Sequence record: OP079919.1
Source: Klebsiella phage KPN8
DNA: 64,000 nt
Reading direction: 5' to 3' (one strand)
Below, piece after piece: positions 48,466 through 57,291 of this stretch; within the stretch, counting starts at the first letter, position 1, and the number at the start of each line of letters is the position of its first letter. The position numbers were made by a program, and so were the translations under genes. The notes beneath the pieces are model-generated. The model was not told where the DNA came from, ran no database searches, and saw only the letters and a program-made list of their open reading frames with translations.

Positions 48466-48918
48466 ATGGCTAACGAATTCAACATTAACGGTAAAAGTAT
48501 CAATGTGCCTTCAGGCGCGTCCATCAGTTTCTCCAATGGCGAACTGTTAATTAACGGCAAACCTCCTTCAGAGATTGAGCCTGGTCAGAACATCACAGTT
48601 AATATCATTGTGCAGGGTTCTGCTACGAAAATCGATATCGGATCAGGGACCGTTACTGTCAATGGATCGGCCGGGGAAATAAAAACAGCATCCGGCGATG
48701 TTAACGTGCAAGGTAATTGTGAAGGTCAGATAACCACCGCATCGGGTGATGTGGATGTTGGCCAAGAAGCAAGAAACGGAATAAAAACTGCTTCTGGTAA
48801 CGTGACGGCAAAGACTATAAAGGGGAACGTTGAAACTTCTTCCGGAGATATTCAAGCTGATCAGATCGTCGGTAATGTTAAAACGACTTTCGGTACGATA
48901 AAACCCCCTCATGGATAA
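48466..48918 (+). CDS. beta-solenoid repeat protein (bactofilin / DUF4097-like periodicity)
   Basis: CTTTAGGGAATATCATG motif. Repeats of about 19 aa: ..KTASGDVNVQGN.., ..TTASGDVDVGQE.., ..KTASGNVTAKT.., ..ETSSGDIQADQ.. Confidence 0.5.
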   Translation: MANEFNINGKSINVPSGASISFSNGELLINGKPPSEIEPGQNITVNIIVQGSATKIDIGSGTVTVNGSAGEIKTASGDVNVQGNCEGQITTASGDVDVGQEARNGIKTASGNVTAKTIKGNVETSSGDIQADQIVGNVKTTFGTIKPPHG

Positions 48919-48922
48919 ACAA

Positions 48923-48958
48923 TATATACTCCTACGGCTTAATCGCCGTAGGAGTATA
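48923..48958 (+). terminator. terminator hairpin ATATACTCCTACGGC-TTAATC-GCCGTAGGAGTATAT
   Basis: 15-bp stem. Member of the ACTCCTAC family. Confidence 0.75.
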
Positions 48959-49011
48959 TTTAAACGGTTATTTTTAGTTATTGAACTTCTCTTCCCTTTT
49001 AAGGATTATCT

Positions 49012-49875
49012 ATGAATTTTCAATCTTTGAAGAAACTCGTCGGCCCGATTGAGTTATCTTGCATATCCTTCTGTTTGTTATTTATGATATTTAATCTACC
49101 GGCGGCTCAGGAGTCGTGGTTAGTCTCCGCAGTATGTTATTTGGCTTTATTGTTCTCTGCCAGTTGGTTATTCAAAGCGGCAGGTTGTGTTCTGTGTTAT
49201 AAAACGGAAGGCGGGTATGATGACGAACACGATCTGGAACATGCAGAGAACGTATTGCGCAGTGAGCTTAGCTCTAAGGAATGGTCTATATTAACCGCGT
49301 GGCGAGTTCTAGTCGGGTTAGTTGTTCTGCTGGGACTGGGAACGTGGTACGGGGTGGGTTATTTCACTATGCTCTTTGCATCGCTGGGATTGGGTTTGCT
49401 TGTCAAAACCTATTACGAAGATTGGAAGAAAAACAACCAACCGGCATTAGAGAATGCCCGTAAAGAATTCATCTTAGCCATTCAAGATGAAGGAGCTATT
49501 CTCAGCGGGGCTGTTTTTATTAAAGGTCGGGGATCCTTCATTCTTAAGAAAGGATATAACGCGGCCGAATTCGACGCCATGCTAGATTGGTTAGATTTTG
49601 ATTACGACCAAGAAGCATTAGAAGATGGATTCATGATGATCCAGGGCTTCTTCGAACTCCAAGGCAACTATCAAATTCAGCGTTATTGGGATGGGGAAGT
49701 TGGAGAATGCTGGGTGGTATTTAAGTACCATGATTTAAGTACCATAACCGATCCGTTAACTTTATCGGCTGCGTTATTAACCGATAATGAATTCGTAGAA
49801 GAATTCGAGGATTACCTCAAGAAACATCCAGAAGAGATAGGATTAGAAAATGAAACCGATCGAACCGGGTTGTAA
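49012..49875 (+). CDS. membrane protein (4 N-terminal TM segments plus cytoplasmic domain)
   Basis: SD TTTTAAGGATTATCTATG. Hydrophobic segments. Confidence 0.55.
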   Translation: MNFQSLKKLVGPIELSCISFCLLFMIFNLPAAQESWLVSAVCYLALLFSASWLFKAAGCVLCYKTEGGYDDEHDLEHAENVLRSELSSKEWSILTAWRVLVGLVVLLGLGTWYGVGYFTMLFASLGLGLLVKTYYEDWKKNNQPALENARKEFILAIQDEGAILSGAVFIKGRGSFILKKGYNAAEFDAMLDWLDFDYDQEALEDGFMMIQGFFELQGNYQIQRYWDGEVGECWVVFKYHDLSTITDPLTLSAALLTDNEFVEEFEDYLKKHPEEIGLENETDRTGL

Positions 49876-50290
49876 ATGTGTTATTGTGGCCGACAAATAT
49901 ACTCCTGAAAATGTCGGTAAGGTCGTTACGGTCATACATCGTTACGGTCAGGGAAGTTTCTTCTTATTTAAATACCCCGACGGAATTACCGCGGGCGGAT
50001 CGATCGACTCTCCCGCTTGGAGTGTTGTCGAGCAAATTGATATGAGACTCATACCGCACGGGTCCTCGCCTCTGGTGGTACGTCGCATCGTCGATCTTTG
50101 TGGATCCAATGGGAAAATAAATGGGTTGGTAGGGGAACACAGGCTTATGCGTATAGACGGAGGTGACTTCGACGATAATCCTTATCGGGAGAAGAAACCT
50201 GTCTCGGAAGTACTGGATTCTTTACAAGCTCATTGGATCAATTCACCAGAAGTATGGGATGAACATCAAAGGAGAGCTCAACATGGATGA
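49850..50290 (+). CDS. hypothetical protein
   Basis: Overlaps its neighbours. Confidence 0.45.
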   Translation: MKPIEPGCKCVIVADKYTPENVGKVVTVIHRYGQGSFFLFKYPDGITAGGSIDSPAWSVVEQIDMRLIPHGSSPLVVRRIVDLCGSNGKINGLVGEHRLMRIDGGDFDDNPYREKKPVSEVLDSLQAHWINSPEVWDEHQRRAQHG

Positions 50291-50549
50291 TCTGATGAAT
50301 TATCTTTGGGTCTTCCTAGCAATGCTGGGGGCGAAGATTATTTTTGCTATTTACAAAGATAGCAAAGAAATGGGATATAATCCCATTCCCAAAGTAGAAT
50401 GGCGCGGAGGGGCGTTCCCAGCAGGCCCGGTAGTTTATTTTCTTTTCGGGTGCGCGATAGGGAATTACCAAAACATTTATTTATGTTTGGCCGCTCTAGC
50501 GTTAATTATAGTCATTCTCAAATGCGATTTCTTTGTAAGGGAAGAGTAA
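50283..50549 (+). CDS. small membrane protein (2 TM)
   Basis: Start at MDDLMNYLWVFLAMLG, overlapping the upstream stop (ATGGATGA). Confidence 0.45.
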   Translation: MDDLMNYLWVFLAMLGAKIIFAIYKDSKEMGYNPIPKVEWRGGAFPAGPVVYFLFGCAIGNYQNIYLCLAALALIIVILKCDFFVREE

Positions 50550-50619
50550 TCTGAATAGACCTAGTAATAACTGGGTCTATATTACTCCTATACCACACTA
50601 AGATTTAGGAATTAAAATC

Positions 50620-51207
50620 ATGATGAATCAATTAAAGGATTGGATCGATTACTCTTCTTACTGGAATACGTATAACCGCGTTCTTCTTCGTAAAGGAGGG
50701 ATGTACACCGAACAGATCGAACTGGAGCTCACCCCAATTAACGACGAGTGGGACGAAGTTAAACTCTGTAAAATCCGTAAGCATCGTACGAGCATGGGAC
50801 CGGGGGATAAAATTAGTCATCATCTCCATCCTGACATCTTTGCATTGATGGAAGAGAAGCTAGGATATCATTTAGCTCATTTCATCTTTCACTACGATAT
50901 CTACACTAAGCTAACCAATTACGATGCAAGAAGATACTGGTACTTGCTAGATCGTTATGTCTTTAATGGCGGCGGCGGAATACCGCTGGTGTTGATAGAT
51001 CCAAACTTTGATTTGCTGAGAGAGGATTGGGCTAAAGGGACTTCCTCGGCTTACGCCGACGCTAAACAACGCATTATGGATAGATTGAACATAGGGTTGG
51101 ACCAGGTAAACAATCTGAGTTTTTTCGGGGATTTAAGACGCTTGGACATTCACGATCACACACCATTTAGAGTGGGCGTGGCAACTTGGGTGGGGGATAA
51201 ACGATGA
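50620..51207 (+). CDS. hypothetical protein
   Basis: GATTTAGGAATTAAAATCATG motif. Confidence 0.55.
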   Translation: MMNQLKDWIDYSSYWNTYNRVLLRKGGMYTEQIELELTPINDEWDEVKLCKIRKHRTSMGPGDKISHHLHPDIFALMEEKLGYHLAHFIFHYDIYTKLTNYDARRYWYLLDRYVFNGGGGIPLVLIDPNFDLLREDWAKGTSSAYADAKQRIMDRLNIGLDQVNNLSFFGDLRRLDIHDHTPFRVGVATWVGDKR

Positions 51208-51623
51208 AACTCATTCATGGTAGAACTAGGTCGGTTATCCTCATAGGGAAATACGCCATAAAGCTCCCCTATTTGAAATCCTGGCCGTATTTCGTTAGGG
51301 GGCTATTGGATAACATGTTCGAGAAAAGCTATAACCGATTCCCTAGTGAGTCATTAGCCCCTTTATTATTTTCTCTTCCTGGGGGTTTCTTAAACGTATA
51401 CCCGCGTTGTAGTGTAATAACTGATCCCAAAGACCCGCAACTCTGGAAACTATTCAAAAATCTTTACGAAGAGGATAACGAGTACATTTTAAATATCATA
51501 GAAGTCGCCGAGCCTTCCAACTTCGGTTATTATCAAGGTCGAATAGTAGCGATTGACTATGGTCATGGTCAACAGTACTTTTTGAACAAACGTATCGTCG
51601 AAGATGAATTGGAGTTATTTTGA
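51204..51623 (+). CDS. hypothetical protein
   Basis: ATGA overlap with 50620..51207. Confidence 0.5.
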   Translation: MKLIHGRTRSVILIGKYAIKLPYLKSWPYFVRGLLDNMFEKSYNRFPSESLAPLLFSLPGGFLNVYPRCSVITDPKDPQLWKLFKNLYEEDNEYILNIIEVAEPSNFGYYQGRIVAIDYGHGQQYFLNKRIVEDELELF

Positions 51624-51673
51624 ATCTTTATTTAGTCAAGCATGGTTTGGGCGGCTAAACCATAAGGAACGGT

Positions 51674-51919
51674 ATGAGAGATAATTTGGTAATATTGGGT
51701 AAGGGGTTCTATTTAGTAAGAACCCAGGCCGGTTTCAGAAAAGCGATTAAACATAGATTCTCTAATTCTCCGGATATCGCTGAAGAACGACCGTCCAATT
51801 ATCCACGTTCGTACCCGGCCATTGTGTCCATATCGACAGAATACAGGGGGTATTGGTATCCTAGTGTAAACTGGATCCCTTTAAACGACTTACTTGGTCA
51901 GATAAAGGAAAGTGAATGA
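51674..51919 (+). CDS. hypothetical small protein (shares FLVR / RGYWYP blocks with 52207..52518)
   Basis: Paralogue motif. Confidence 0.45.
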   Translation: MRDNLVILGKGFYLVRTQAGFRKAIKHRFSNSPDIAEERPSNYPRSYPAIVSISTEYRGYWYPSVNWIPLNDLLGQIKESE

Positions 51920-52185
51920 AATCGGAAATCATCGTTACCAGAACGTTCGCTCAGTTAAAAGAACTTCGGATAATGATCAGCCGTAAATTGGTTAAGTCGG
52001 CTTCTTTGGTTGAAACCACAGAGGGGTGGTCGGTAGAGTTCAAAACTGAATACGGAGATAGAGTATTCTCTTCGTCAAAGAATGCGTACTATCCAAAGAC
52101 CTTTAAAGGTTTTGCAGCACCCATCAAAATGTTGAGAAAGATGGGATTTGACGAAGTAAAGATGGTATTTCTAAAGGCCAAATGA
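51916..52185 (+). CDS. hypothetical small protein
   Basis: ATGA overlap. Confidence 0.45.
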   Translation: MKSEIIVTRTFAQLKELRIMISRKLVKSASLVETTEGWSVEFKTEYGDRVFSSSKNAYYPKTFKGFAAPIKMLRKMGFDEVKMVFLKAK

Positions 52186-52206
52186 TATTAATTTAGGGGA
52201 AATCAA

Positions 52207-52518
52207 ATGAAATTATTTCTGGTCCGTTCGCCCGATAATGCGGGGGAATATGAAAGATGGCGAGAGCTGGTTGTTGTTGCTAGAGATGAAAAGGAAGCAA
52301 AAGACATAACGTTCCCGCATCCCGATTTCGTTTCTGGGACTTCAGTATTTGGACAGGTTCCTACCGGTGATAACCATGGTTCGCTATCAGGGCTTCCTTA
52401 TGGAGAAAAAGGCCGTGGGTATTGGTACCCTAACCGTGATAACCTCCAGGTTATCTGTTTGGGGGAAACGTCTCTTACAGAACCTGGAGCTATATCAGGG
52501 TTTTTCTACCACGCGTAA
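52207..52518 (+). CDS. hypothetical small protein (RGYWYP motif)
   Basis: AATTTAGGGGAAATCAAATG motif. Confidence 0.5.
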   Translation: MKLFLVRSPDNAGEYERWRELVVVARDEKEAKDITFPHPDFVSGTSVFGQVPTGDNHGSLSGLPYGEKGRGYWYPNRDNLQVICLGETSLTEPGAISGFFYHA

Positions 52519-52541
52519 TAAACATCTTTAGGGGAAATATC

Positions 52542-52763
52542 GTGAGACCAATACTTTTAGTCGAAAGAGATCTTACGCCAATCAAAAATGCGGGGGTTGA
52601 GATCGTCATGCCCAAGTTTAGAGTGGTTGGGATTGAGGAGTTAGGCGTCGTCCGATTGGATTCTCCTCAGGGGAAGAAAACGGATATGGATGAGATGTTT
52701 ATCCCGGTCTCTCTAGACATAAATGGGATTTGTGCTTCTTTTGTGATGGCTTTGGGAAATTGA
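52542..52763 (+). CDS. hypothetical small protein, paralogue family C
   Basis: CTTTAGGGGAAATATCGTG motif (GTG start). N-terminal LLVERDLTPIKN, compare 52800 MVLVEKDLTPNE. Confidence 0.45.
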   Translation: MRPILLVERDLTPIKNAGVEIVMPKFRVVGIEELGVVRLDSPQGKKTDMDEMFIPVSLDINGICASFVMALGN

Positions 52764-52799
52764 TACAACATGTCTGATGCCGTGATTTGAGGTGGTCTC

Positions 52800-53132
52800 A
52801 TGAAAATAATGGTTTTAGTTGAAAAAGATCTTACCCCGAATGAAATTATGGAATCCAATATTCCGGGACTAAGATTTGAGATAGTAGGGCCAAATCGATT
52901 AGGCGACAGTCTATTTGATTTCCCCCAGAGAAAAGCTCTGGGTGGGGATAAGGATGTCGTTTTGGTATCTCAGGAAATACCCGAGATTATAACAACCAGA
53001 CTTTTCTTTATTGAATGTGGTGAATTTGCTAAGATAATAGGACGCACCCCATTTCGCCTAATAGAGGCGAAAATAAAGAAATACATCGTCGATAACTTAC
53101 ATCGCGCCATTTTAATTACCGAGGGTCAATGA
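52800..53132 (+). CDS. hypothetical small protein, paralogue family C
   Basis: See 52542..52763. Confidence 0.45.
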   Translation: MKIMVLVEKDLTPNEIMESNIPGLRFEIVGPNRLGDSLFDFPQRKALGGDKDVVLVSQEIPEIITTRLFFIECGEFAKIIGRTPFRLIEAKIKKYIVDNLHRAILITEGQ

Positions 53133-53133
53133 A

Positions 53134-53460
53134 ATGAAAGTAACGATTCAAGTACTCGAAGACAGAGAAGTCGATATCATCGAGGCTCTAGAAAAGTGTT
53201 TGTTCATCCCCCATTTCTATTTCGTACATCGGGGGCGCGATAAACGAGAATTCTTAGGGGAGGACGACGATTCCATTTTGATCATCTCACAGGAGTTGGT
53301 TGATTGTTGTCCTGAACTGGTCGTATTGGAATGCGGGGATTTGGAAAAACTGTGTTTCTCCCAACGACGCGCCAAAACCGAAAAAGAGGTTATTATCGAA
53401 TACCTCAAAGCCAATCGAGAAAAGATTATCAAAGTCACTGACTTGCCGGGGTACTATTAA
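53134..53460 (+). CDS. hypothetical small protein
   Basis: Coupled to its neighbours (TGAAATG). Confidence 0.45.
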   Translation: MKVTIQVLEDREVDIIEALEKCLFIPHFYFVHRGRDKREFLGEDDDSILIISQELVDCCPELVVLECGDLEKLCFSQRRAKTEKEVIIEYLKANREKIIKVTDLPGYY

Positions 53461-53993
53461 TGACCGCTCGTTATTTTGCCGGTGATTTCCATTTAGGAGA
53501 CCCCTCTATTATCAAATACCGTAAGCAGTTTAAAACGGTAAAGGAGCACGATGAATTTATCGCTGATACGATTTTGGTTAAACCTCGTGATCACGACATA
53601 CTAACGATCGTGGGTGACGGATTCATTAAACCAGAATCGTTGTTCATTCTGAAGAAGTTCCCGTATAAGAAACATCTTATCCCAGGGAATCACTGTATGG
53701 AGAAAGGCGTTAAAGTTACTGATCTCGCTGCTTTCTTCGACGTTGTTACCGGATCGTTTAAATGGAAGAGTGGGTTCTTCGTATCCCATGAACCTCAACA
53801 TCCTGATCATCTCCGAGGTCGCATCAATATTCATGCTCATTTGCATGATAAAGTGATTGAAGACGAACGTTATATCGGGGTGTCGTTAGAACAAACCGGT
53901 TATCGTTTAATCCATCACGATGAGATCTTATCTGGTTCTTATCGTACTTATCGAGCGCCAAGATTAGAAGATCATCTTCACGTAGGAAAATAA
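53460..53993 (+). CDS. calcineurin-like metallophosphoesterase (small, YfcE-like size)
   Basis: Motifs GDFHLGD, VGDGF, GNHC and IHAHLHD, in the order of metallophosphoesterase motifs I, II, III and VI. Confidence 0.55.
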   Translation: MTARYFAGDFHLGDPSIIKYRKQFKTVKEHDEFIADTILVKPRDHDILTIVGDGFIKPESLFILKKFPYKKHLIPGNHCMEKGVKVTDLAAFFDVVTGSFKWKSGFFVSHEPQHPDHLRGRINIHAHLHDKVIEDERYIGVSLEQTGYRLIHHDEILSGSYRTYRAPRLEDHLHVGK

Positions 53994-53995
53994 TT

Positions 53996-54256
53996 ATGGA
54001 TCTAGATAACGATATTGTTAGTAAAGAGCATCCCAAACCGATGAGTATAAGCACAGTGTATGGTGATGAGAAAGAAATAGCCTCTCGTGTGTGCGTCATC
54101 GACGCCTGCGTTAATTTCAGCAGGGCTATTGAAGAAGCATGGTTGAAATTACAAAAACCAGAAAAGGTAACAAAAGTCGATTTGAGCTTCGTTATGGAAG
54201 ATGGAAATACATGTGACATAACCGTGGTTAAAAAGATAGAAGATGAAGTATTGTAA
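53996..54256 (+). CDS. hypothetical small protein
   Basis: TAATTATGG overlap-type coupling. Confidence 0.45.
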   Translation: MDLDNDIVSKEHPKPMSISTVYGDEKEIASRVCVIDACVNFSRAIEEAWLKLQKPEKVTKVDLSFVMEDGNTCDITVVKKIEDEVL

Positions 54257-54332
54257 ATCTTTACGAAGCTAAGCGAGATAAAGAACTTAAGGCAACGTTG
54301 AAGAAAATTGTTCCCATTAGTAAGGTGTAAAG

Positions 54333-54677
54333 ATGAATCCATTTAACATTTATTTTTCTGCTTCTCCCCTGGGGTCCGCTATAGGGTTAGCGATCTTGCT
54401 AGTCCTTGGGTGGTTTTTTATTTACCGCAGCCCTACGGTGATTAACCAAGTTATCGGTAAACAGAAACGCGTCTACGTTGTTTTGTTCGTCCTGGTATTT
54501 TTTATCGGGAGTTGTTTTAATATAGGTACTCGGCAAGCTGAGCTTAATCGTTCTCAGTTCGACACCCAGATGAACACTGAGATCATCAAGAAATCACCTA
54601 CCTCCACGGAAGTCTTCGATGCCCGTGGTAACTTTAATCAAGCGTTAGATAAAGCAAAAAAGGAAAATGAACAATGA
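54333..54677 (+). CDS. membrane protein, probable partner of the SPFH protein
   Basis: Two TM segments. ATGA overlap with the downstream SPFH gene. Confidence 0.5.
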   Translation: MNPFNIYFSASPLGSAIGLAILLVLGWFFIYRSPTVINQVIGKQKRVYVVLFVLVFFIGSCFNIGTRQAELNRSQFDTQMNTEIIKKSPTSTEVFDARGNFNQALDKAKKENEQ

Positions 54678-55540
54678 AGAAACTTTTCTCAATTGTGGGA
54701 TTAGTGATGATTGCAACTTTACTCTCTGGATGCGGTCAGATTGTAGAACCTGGTTTTAAAGCCAAGTTCCTTTCTTCCAGCGGTTACAGTAACGAGATCA
54801 AGGAGCCGGGTAAATATCAAGTTTGGTGGGGCGAGAAGTTGATTAAACTTGATACCTCGACCAAAGCGATATCCATTCCTCTCACTGTTAAGATGGCGGA
54901 TGAAATGGATTTATCCTTTAGCGTTAACTTCCGTACCCGAGTCGGGGGTAACGATAAAGTCCTGAACGCCATGTTTAACGACATTCGACCTCAGGATACC
55001 GATAAGGGTCTGATCATCTCCTTAGATCAGGTATTCTCGGTTTACGGTAATGACGTAGTGAGTAACGTTGCTCGTTCCGTAGTGGGGAAATACAAAGTCA
55101 GTGAGGTCTCTAAAAACTACGACACGATCAACGAGCAACTTCAGGCTAAGTTAATCGAAGCGATGAAGAACAACCCGCTGGAAGTGTCCAACGTGACCGT
55201 CGCTAACATTACCTGGCCTAAAGTCATTACTGACGCCATCGAAAAGCAACAAGAACGTGAACTGGCAATCAAGACAGAAGAAAACCAGCAAGCGATAGAA
55301 ATGGTTAAACGCACTAACCAGCTCAAACTCGCCGAAGCTGACCGAGAGATCGAACTCACTCGAGCGAGAACCCTGCGAGATCAGAATGCCATTACCGCCG
55401 ATGGCTTAAGCGATAAACTCATCGCTTATAAAGCGTTAGAGGTTCAACAATCCATGACAGATAACAAGTCGGCGGTGTTTGTCCCTTATGAAGCGTTCAA
55501 TGCACCCGGATTGTCCAACCGCATCTTTAGTGCCAAATAA
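54674..55540 (+). CDS. SPFH/band-7 (prohibitin/HflK-like) lipoprotein
   Basis: Lipobox LLSGC after a hydrophobic leader. Central SPFH-like region. Long C-terminal coiled-coil AIEKQQERELAIKTEENQQAIEMVKRTNQLKLAEADREIELTRAR. Confidence 0.55.
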   Translation: MKKLFSIVGLVMIATLLSGCGQIVEPGFKAKFLSSSGYSNEIKEPGKYQVWWGEKLIKLDTSTKAISIPLTVKMADEMDLSFSVNFRTRVGGNDKVLNAMFNDIRPQDTDKGLIISLDQVFSVYGNDVVSNVARSVVGKYKVSEVSKNYDTINEQLQAKLIEAMKNNPLEVSNVTVANITWPKVITDAIEKQQERELAIKTEENQQAIEMVKRTNQLKLAEADREIELTRARTLRDQNAITADGLSDKLIAYKALEVQQSMTDNKSAVFVPYEAFNAPGLSNRIFSAK

Positions 55541-55548
55541 TTAACAAT

Positions 55549-55577
55549 TAATCTGGTTGGGCTCATCCAACCAGATT
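55549..55577 (+). terminator. terminator AATCTGGTTGG-GCTCAT-CCAACCAGATT
   Basis: 11-bp stem after the SPFH gene. Confidence 0.6.
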
Positions 55578-55603
55578 ACCTTTACTTTAGGAAAAAAAAT
55601 ATC

Positions 55604-56167
55604 ATGATCAATTGCTTGAGTGCCAATGAGTCAGAATTGTTTAAAAAGCAATGGAACGAATACGTAGAGGAAGGGCTTCCCGGACTCGATGAAAGAATGA
55701 AGGGCCCGATGCTGATCCTGAACGCAATACCTGGGGTAACGACCCGATTTTGTTGTTCCGGTCATACCTTTGAAGAAAGGCTATCATCTCACCCGACCAA
55801 AGTTTATTCTCGAGTACAGAAAAGGAATTTCATTTTTGTTGTTGAGGTGGCGCACCCAACCATTTTTTCAGTATTTGATAAGTTCTTTAAATCTTTAGAT
55901 GAGGACGAGTTTATTTTCTGCCGACCTTCTCTAGAGACCACTCTGCTTAAGAAAAACTTTGGTGGTCGTGAAGTATATCCGGTTTGGGTATTCGAAATGA
56001 ACTGGGTTTACGAACTTACCGAGGAGGAAAAAACAAAAGGGAGAGACGAGGTTCAAAAAGAACTGTGGGAGAGACTCCTCAGAGAACTTTTCCTTATTAC
56101 CTCCCCTGAAATTCGCAACGAATATTATTCCAGGTCGGTTTTTACTCATCCCCATCAACCTAGCTAA
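55604..56167 (+). CDS. hypothetical protein
   Basis: TTTACTTTAGGAAAAAAAATATCATG motif. Confidence 0.55.
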   Translation: MINCLSANESELFKKQWNEYVEEGLPGLDERMKGPMLILNAIPGVTTRFCCSGHTFEERLSSHPTKVYSRVQKRNFIFVVEVAHPTIFSVFDKFFKSLDEDEFIFCRPSLETTLLKKNFGGREVYPVWVFEMNWVYELTEEEKTKGRDEVQKELWERLLRELFLITSPEIRNEYYSRSVFTHPHQPS

Positions 56168-56181
56168 CTAGGGACTTTATC

Positions 56182-57291
56182 ATGTTTGATATCGGCATCG
56201 TCGTTGGTAAATTCGCCCCGCTCACTCAGGGTCATATCAACCTTATCACCCAAGCCTCCCTCCAGGCTAAGAAAGTTATCGTTGTGTTAAGTCACGACAG
56301 TCGCTGGTTAGCGCAACAATGTCCTCGTGATCAGAAGGCGTTGACGTTCACCAACCGTCTTCGTTGGTTACAGCAGCATTACGCCGATTCTGACCATATT
56401 GATATTAAATATATCATCGAAGATGACATCCCGGAATTCCCCAACGGATGGAGCGCTTACTGTAACCTCCTCAGGAAGATCTACACTGAGGAACAGCACA
56501 AGAAATATAAAGGAATCGGATCAGTCGACAACACTCGTCGGATTGCTCAGACCGTAGCCATTTTCAGTAGCGAAATCGATTACGATAAAGGCTACGAGGA
56601 GCATCTTCCTGAAGTCAGTCACGTCGTCGTTGACGCGCATCGTACGGCGGTTCCAATTAGCGCGACTAAAATTCGTGAGAATCTTTACGCCAACTGGGAA
56701 TACCTCCCTTCTATTGTTCGTAAGGACTACACCAAACGGATTGTCATCCTCGGTCAGGAATCTTGCGGTAAAAGTGTCATGGTCAAGAATCTGGCTAAGA
56801 TGTTTAATACGTCCTGGGTAGAGGAGTACGGTCGGACGTATTGTGAAACAGAGCTCTGTGGTTCAGAATCGACACTCCGTAGCGATGATTATCCTATTAT
56901 CGCTTATCGCCATAAGGAGCTGGAAATCCAGGCCATGCGCTCAGCCAATCGTATCTGCATCGTGGATACGAACGCGTTCATTACTGAATACTACCATCGG
57001 TTGTATGAAGGAAAACCTAACCGGATCGTTTCCGCAATTGCTGCTGAGGAAAACTACGATTTAGTTATCGTACTCAAGCCTACAGTGCCGTGGGTCGACG
57101 ACGGCCTTCGTAGTAATCCCGAAAGACAACGCACGACTGAACTATTTAATCTCATGTGTCTGGAGTTCCCTAATCAGCTCCCGGGAGGAAGAACGTTCTA
57201 TATTTCTTCCCCTGATTACAAAGTTAGGTTCGATCAGGCTTACGAGATTATCAAAACCTTTACCCAGCGTGTTAACTCAGGTGAATTTTAA
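56182..57291 (+). CDS. nadR: NadR-like bifunctional NMN adenylyltransferase / ribosylnicotinamide kinase (no HTH domain)
   Basis: N-terminal IVVGKFAPLTQGHINLI is the (H/T)xGH nucleotidyltransferase motif, as in NadR YPLHTGH. Mid-protein IVILGQESCGKSVMVKNLA is a Walker A motif nearly identical to the NadR kinase-domain P-loop. 369 aa. Confidence 0.8.
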   Translation: MFDIGIVVGKFAPLTQGHINLITQASLQAKKVIVVLSHDSRWLAQQCPRDQKALTFTNRLRWLQQHYADSDHIDIKYIIEDDIPEFPNGWSAYCNLLRKIYTEEQHKKYKGIGSVDNTRRIAQTVAIFSSEIDYDKGYEEHLPEVSHVVVDAHRTAVPISATKIRENLYANWEYLPSIVRKDYTKRIVILGQESCGKSVMVKNLAKMFNTSWVEEYGRTYCETELCGSESTLRSDDYPIIAYRHKELEIQAMRSANRICIVDTNAFITEYYHRLYEGKPNRIVSAIAAEENYDLVIVLKPTVPWVDDGLRSNPERQRTTELFNLMCLEFPNQLPGGRTFYISSPDYKVRFDQAYEIIKTFTQRVNSGEF

